NCBI GenBank assembly: GCA_002633005.1
Contig: NMRA01000033.1
Location: forward strand, 1,014,611-1,078,610
Source of the DNA: Phoronis australis
Taxonomy: Eukaryota > Animalia > Phoronida
Reading direction: 5' to 3'
Length of the DNA stretch: 64,000 nt
Below, in pieces: positions 61,864-64,000 of this stretch. The translations under genes and the position numbers were made by a program. The stretch's first letter is position 1; each line of letters begins with the position of its first letter. The notes below the pieces were generated by a model. That model searched no databases and was not told the origin of the DNA. It saw only the letters and a program-made list of their open reading frames with translations.

Positions 61864-62903
61864 ATGGCGCCACATGAAAAGGCGACCTGCGGTGTTAACG
61901 CAGCAAATCATTTCGTGTGGCATGGACATACTTTTCTGTGATGTTTAATTGCTATAATTTAGTGTCAAATATTATGTACAACACCAAAATGTGAGTAACG
62001 ATATTTTCGAAATGGAATAGAATGCAATTTTGCAGAAACGTTTGTGTTTTATTGCTTTTTGTCATTATAACTTGCTCTTTCATCAAAAATCAAGAAAGTT
62101 TAATTCTGTCTTATATATTGAACCATGTCAGTTTCGCAAACATCTCTTTTAATGCCAATTTGGCGGCATGGTGGTTGCAAAAATATTAAAATCACTGGAA
62201 AGTATCTCACTCAATTTATCCATAGAAGAAGTTCAACATAAACAGAGGCAAAAACATGCAAAGAAATGTAGGACCATTTTACACATTCATGCGCACACGC
62301 ACGCTTGTGAACAAACACACATCTCAAGACCAGTTGTCAAATTTAACACTAACCAATATCCAAAGAAATGAAAAGCCAAAGATGATTCTTTTATATTCAA
62401 AGTTTCCGTAATCAGCATACTCGGTAGCAGCCCTACGTTAAAAAACGCTCAAAAAGTGCGGTACATGTATGTCTATTCTGTATTTCCTAGCTAAGTATAG
62501 ATGACGCTGTATGTCAAGTGTTGTAACAGATTGTCACAACTACTCTAATAGTTCGTTATTAAGAATACACGTTTCCTGTCATAAGACCTCTTTGTTCCCT
62601 CTCTAATTGAACCCCAGGTACATAATATTTAACTTGAATGAAAACGCTACTGTAGATGTACATGTTTCCATAATGAAGACATTTTTCCACTTGAAATGAA
62701 CTACTGTGTTATCGTCTTCCTTAAAATGTTCCGATGAAGGAGTAACATTTCTGGGCCTTTGGTGCTAAGTATGATATTATCCAAACAAATGACTAAATTA
62801 ATCATAGTTGACTCGTTCGTGTAATTTACCAAAGAAAACATCTCTTTACGAGAGATTATTAAGTAAAAAGTGTTGTGTGATCTCAAAAATTACTTCTCAT
62901 TGT

Positions 62904-62974
62904 ATACACATACACGCGCGCGCACACACACACACACGCGCGCGCACACACACGCACACGCACACACACATACA
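62904..62974. repeat. (CA)n/(CG)n compound microsatellite
   Basis: Direct reading. Confidence 0.9.
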
Positions 62975-63161
62975 TTTAAAAAGAATGCCACCCGTTTTAA
63001 TTAGTTTTTTTACCGTCTTAATCGGTCCCTATCCCCATCACCTCGTACATGTATATACGGTCGATCTTGTACCTCGCTGAGAGGTGTCGCGTTAACCTGT
63101 GAGGAAGGCGAGAAACAACGCAGCGACGTCACTGTTCTTCTGCAGAGTCATGAGTGCCGCT

Positions 63162-63587
63162 ATGGTGACATGTATCGTTACCGCTTAATTGCCCGAACTA
63201 AGAAGATGCGAGAAAAGCAACCTCCCGTTCAGTAACTCTAGGACCTCGCTAAAAAGCAAGTCTTCGCGGAATTACGTGAGATATTGCCGTGTATTTTGAA
63301 TGAGAACACGTAACTTAGGTTAGATTTTTGCTAGGTCCTAGCGTTACTGAACGCACGCCGGGTAGGCCTACTTTGTTTTTTCGATTTCCTCGAAACCCCG
63401 TAATTCTTCGGAAGTGGCTCACGTAGCCTACGGCAGTGAACAGTGAAAAGTGCGTAGTCTGTGGCCGGCATTTCGTAGTGATATCACTGATGAATGGAGC
63501 CGGGCTTACCAAACAGCTCATGCCAGGGAAGAAAAAGAGATTGAGGCTGAGGTTAGATGGTGTACCTAGTGTGTTTGCGTTCGGCAG
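63162..63587 (+). pseudogene. Disrupted THAP zinc-finger domain (probable DNA-transposon relic), split by a MITE
   Basis: MVTCIV...NCPN (frameshifted), then the MITE, then LFFRFPRNPVILRKWLT*PTAVNSEKCVVCGRHF...RLRLDGVPSVF. These are THAP hallmarks (C2CH, FP, W, CxxHF, AVPTIF-like box). In-frame TAG at 63424-63426. Confidence 0.75.
63219..63363 (+). mobile_element. MITE family 1 copy inserted in the THAP relic
   Basis: cgttcagtaactctaggacctcgctaaaa...attacgtgagatattgccgtg...gctaggtcctagcgttactgaacg. Confidence 0.8.
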
Positions 63588-64000
63588 GTAGGAGGTAAAG
63601 AAACGCGGATCAGTTGTTGATCGGTTTTTGATTATGGAGTATTGTAAGCAAGTAGACCTACAGCTAATTCAAGGCACGAGAACATAATGTTTACATGATT
63701 ACTTGTTTGATGACACTCGTTAACCAAAAGTCATGGCTAGGGGCGAATCAGTCTGGTACATGTATGTGTTGTAGACTTACTATATGTTTGAGCCTGTTGT
63801 TTACTGTACAAGGCTACTTACGTGAAGCCTATAGATATCCAGTTCACAGTTACAATATGTTACGGCAGCAATGCGAGGACAGCGCCAGGCATTTTCACGA
63901 AAGAGGTCGCTCTAGTCGGCTGGCGACTGTAATACACGCTATTGTTGGCTTTCTTAGTAAACACGGCGACAGGCACTTACTGGGCATATTCTGTAAAATG

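Overview
AT-rich, intron-containing animal DNA, most likely from a marine invertebrate (lophotrochozoan-like genes; species not determinable). There are no prokaryotic operons or CRISPR arrays. Four protein-coding loci are supported. (1) The 3' end of a class B1 (secretin/calcitonin-type) GPCR on the + strand: exons 1748-1789, 4826-4902 and 7113-7329, plus a probable alternative terminal exon at 2410-2544. (2) A complete, convergently oriented calcitonin-receptor-like class B1 GPCR on the - strand (21319->11792, 10 coding exons, ~596 aa) with an extra Cys-rich N-terminal module. (3) An intronless 602-aa coiled-coil ORF on the - strand (52692->50884) with two SxIP motifs in a basic tail. (4) A two-exon, Cys-rich caveolin on the + strand (60746-61863). 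Non-coding DNA holds several MITE families (some nested, with TSDs), a Penelope RT remnant, minimal hammerhead-ribozyme motifs, a disrupted THAP domain, tandem repeats and an assembly gap. The palindrome TACATGTA is strongly enriched and in one tandem array appears as a TA->TACATGTA insertion, matching a Tc1/mariner excision footprint. All coordinates were read manually; no searches were run.
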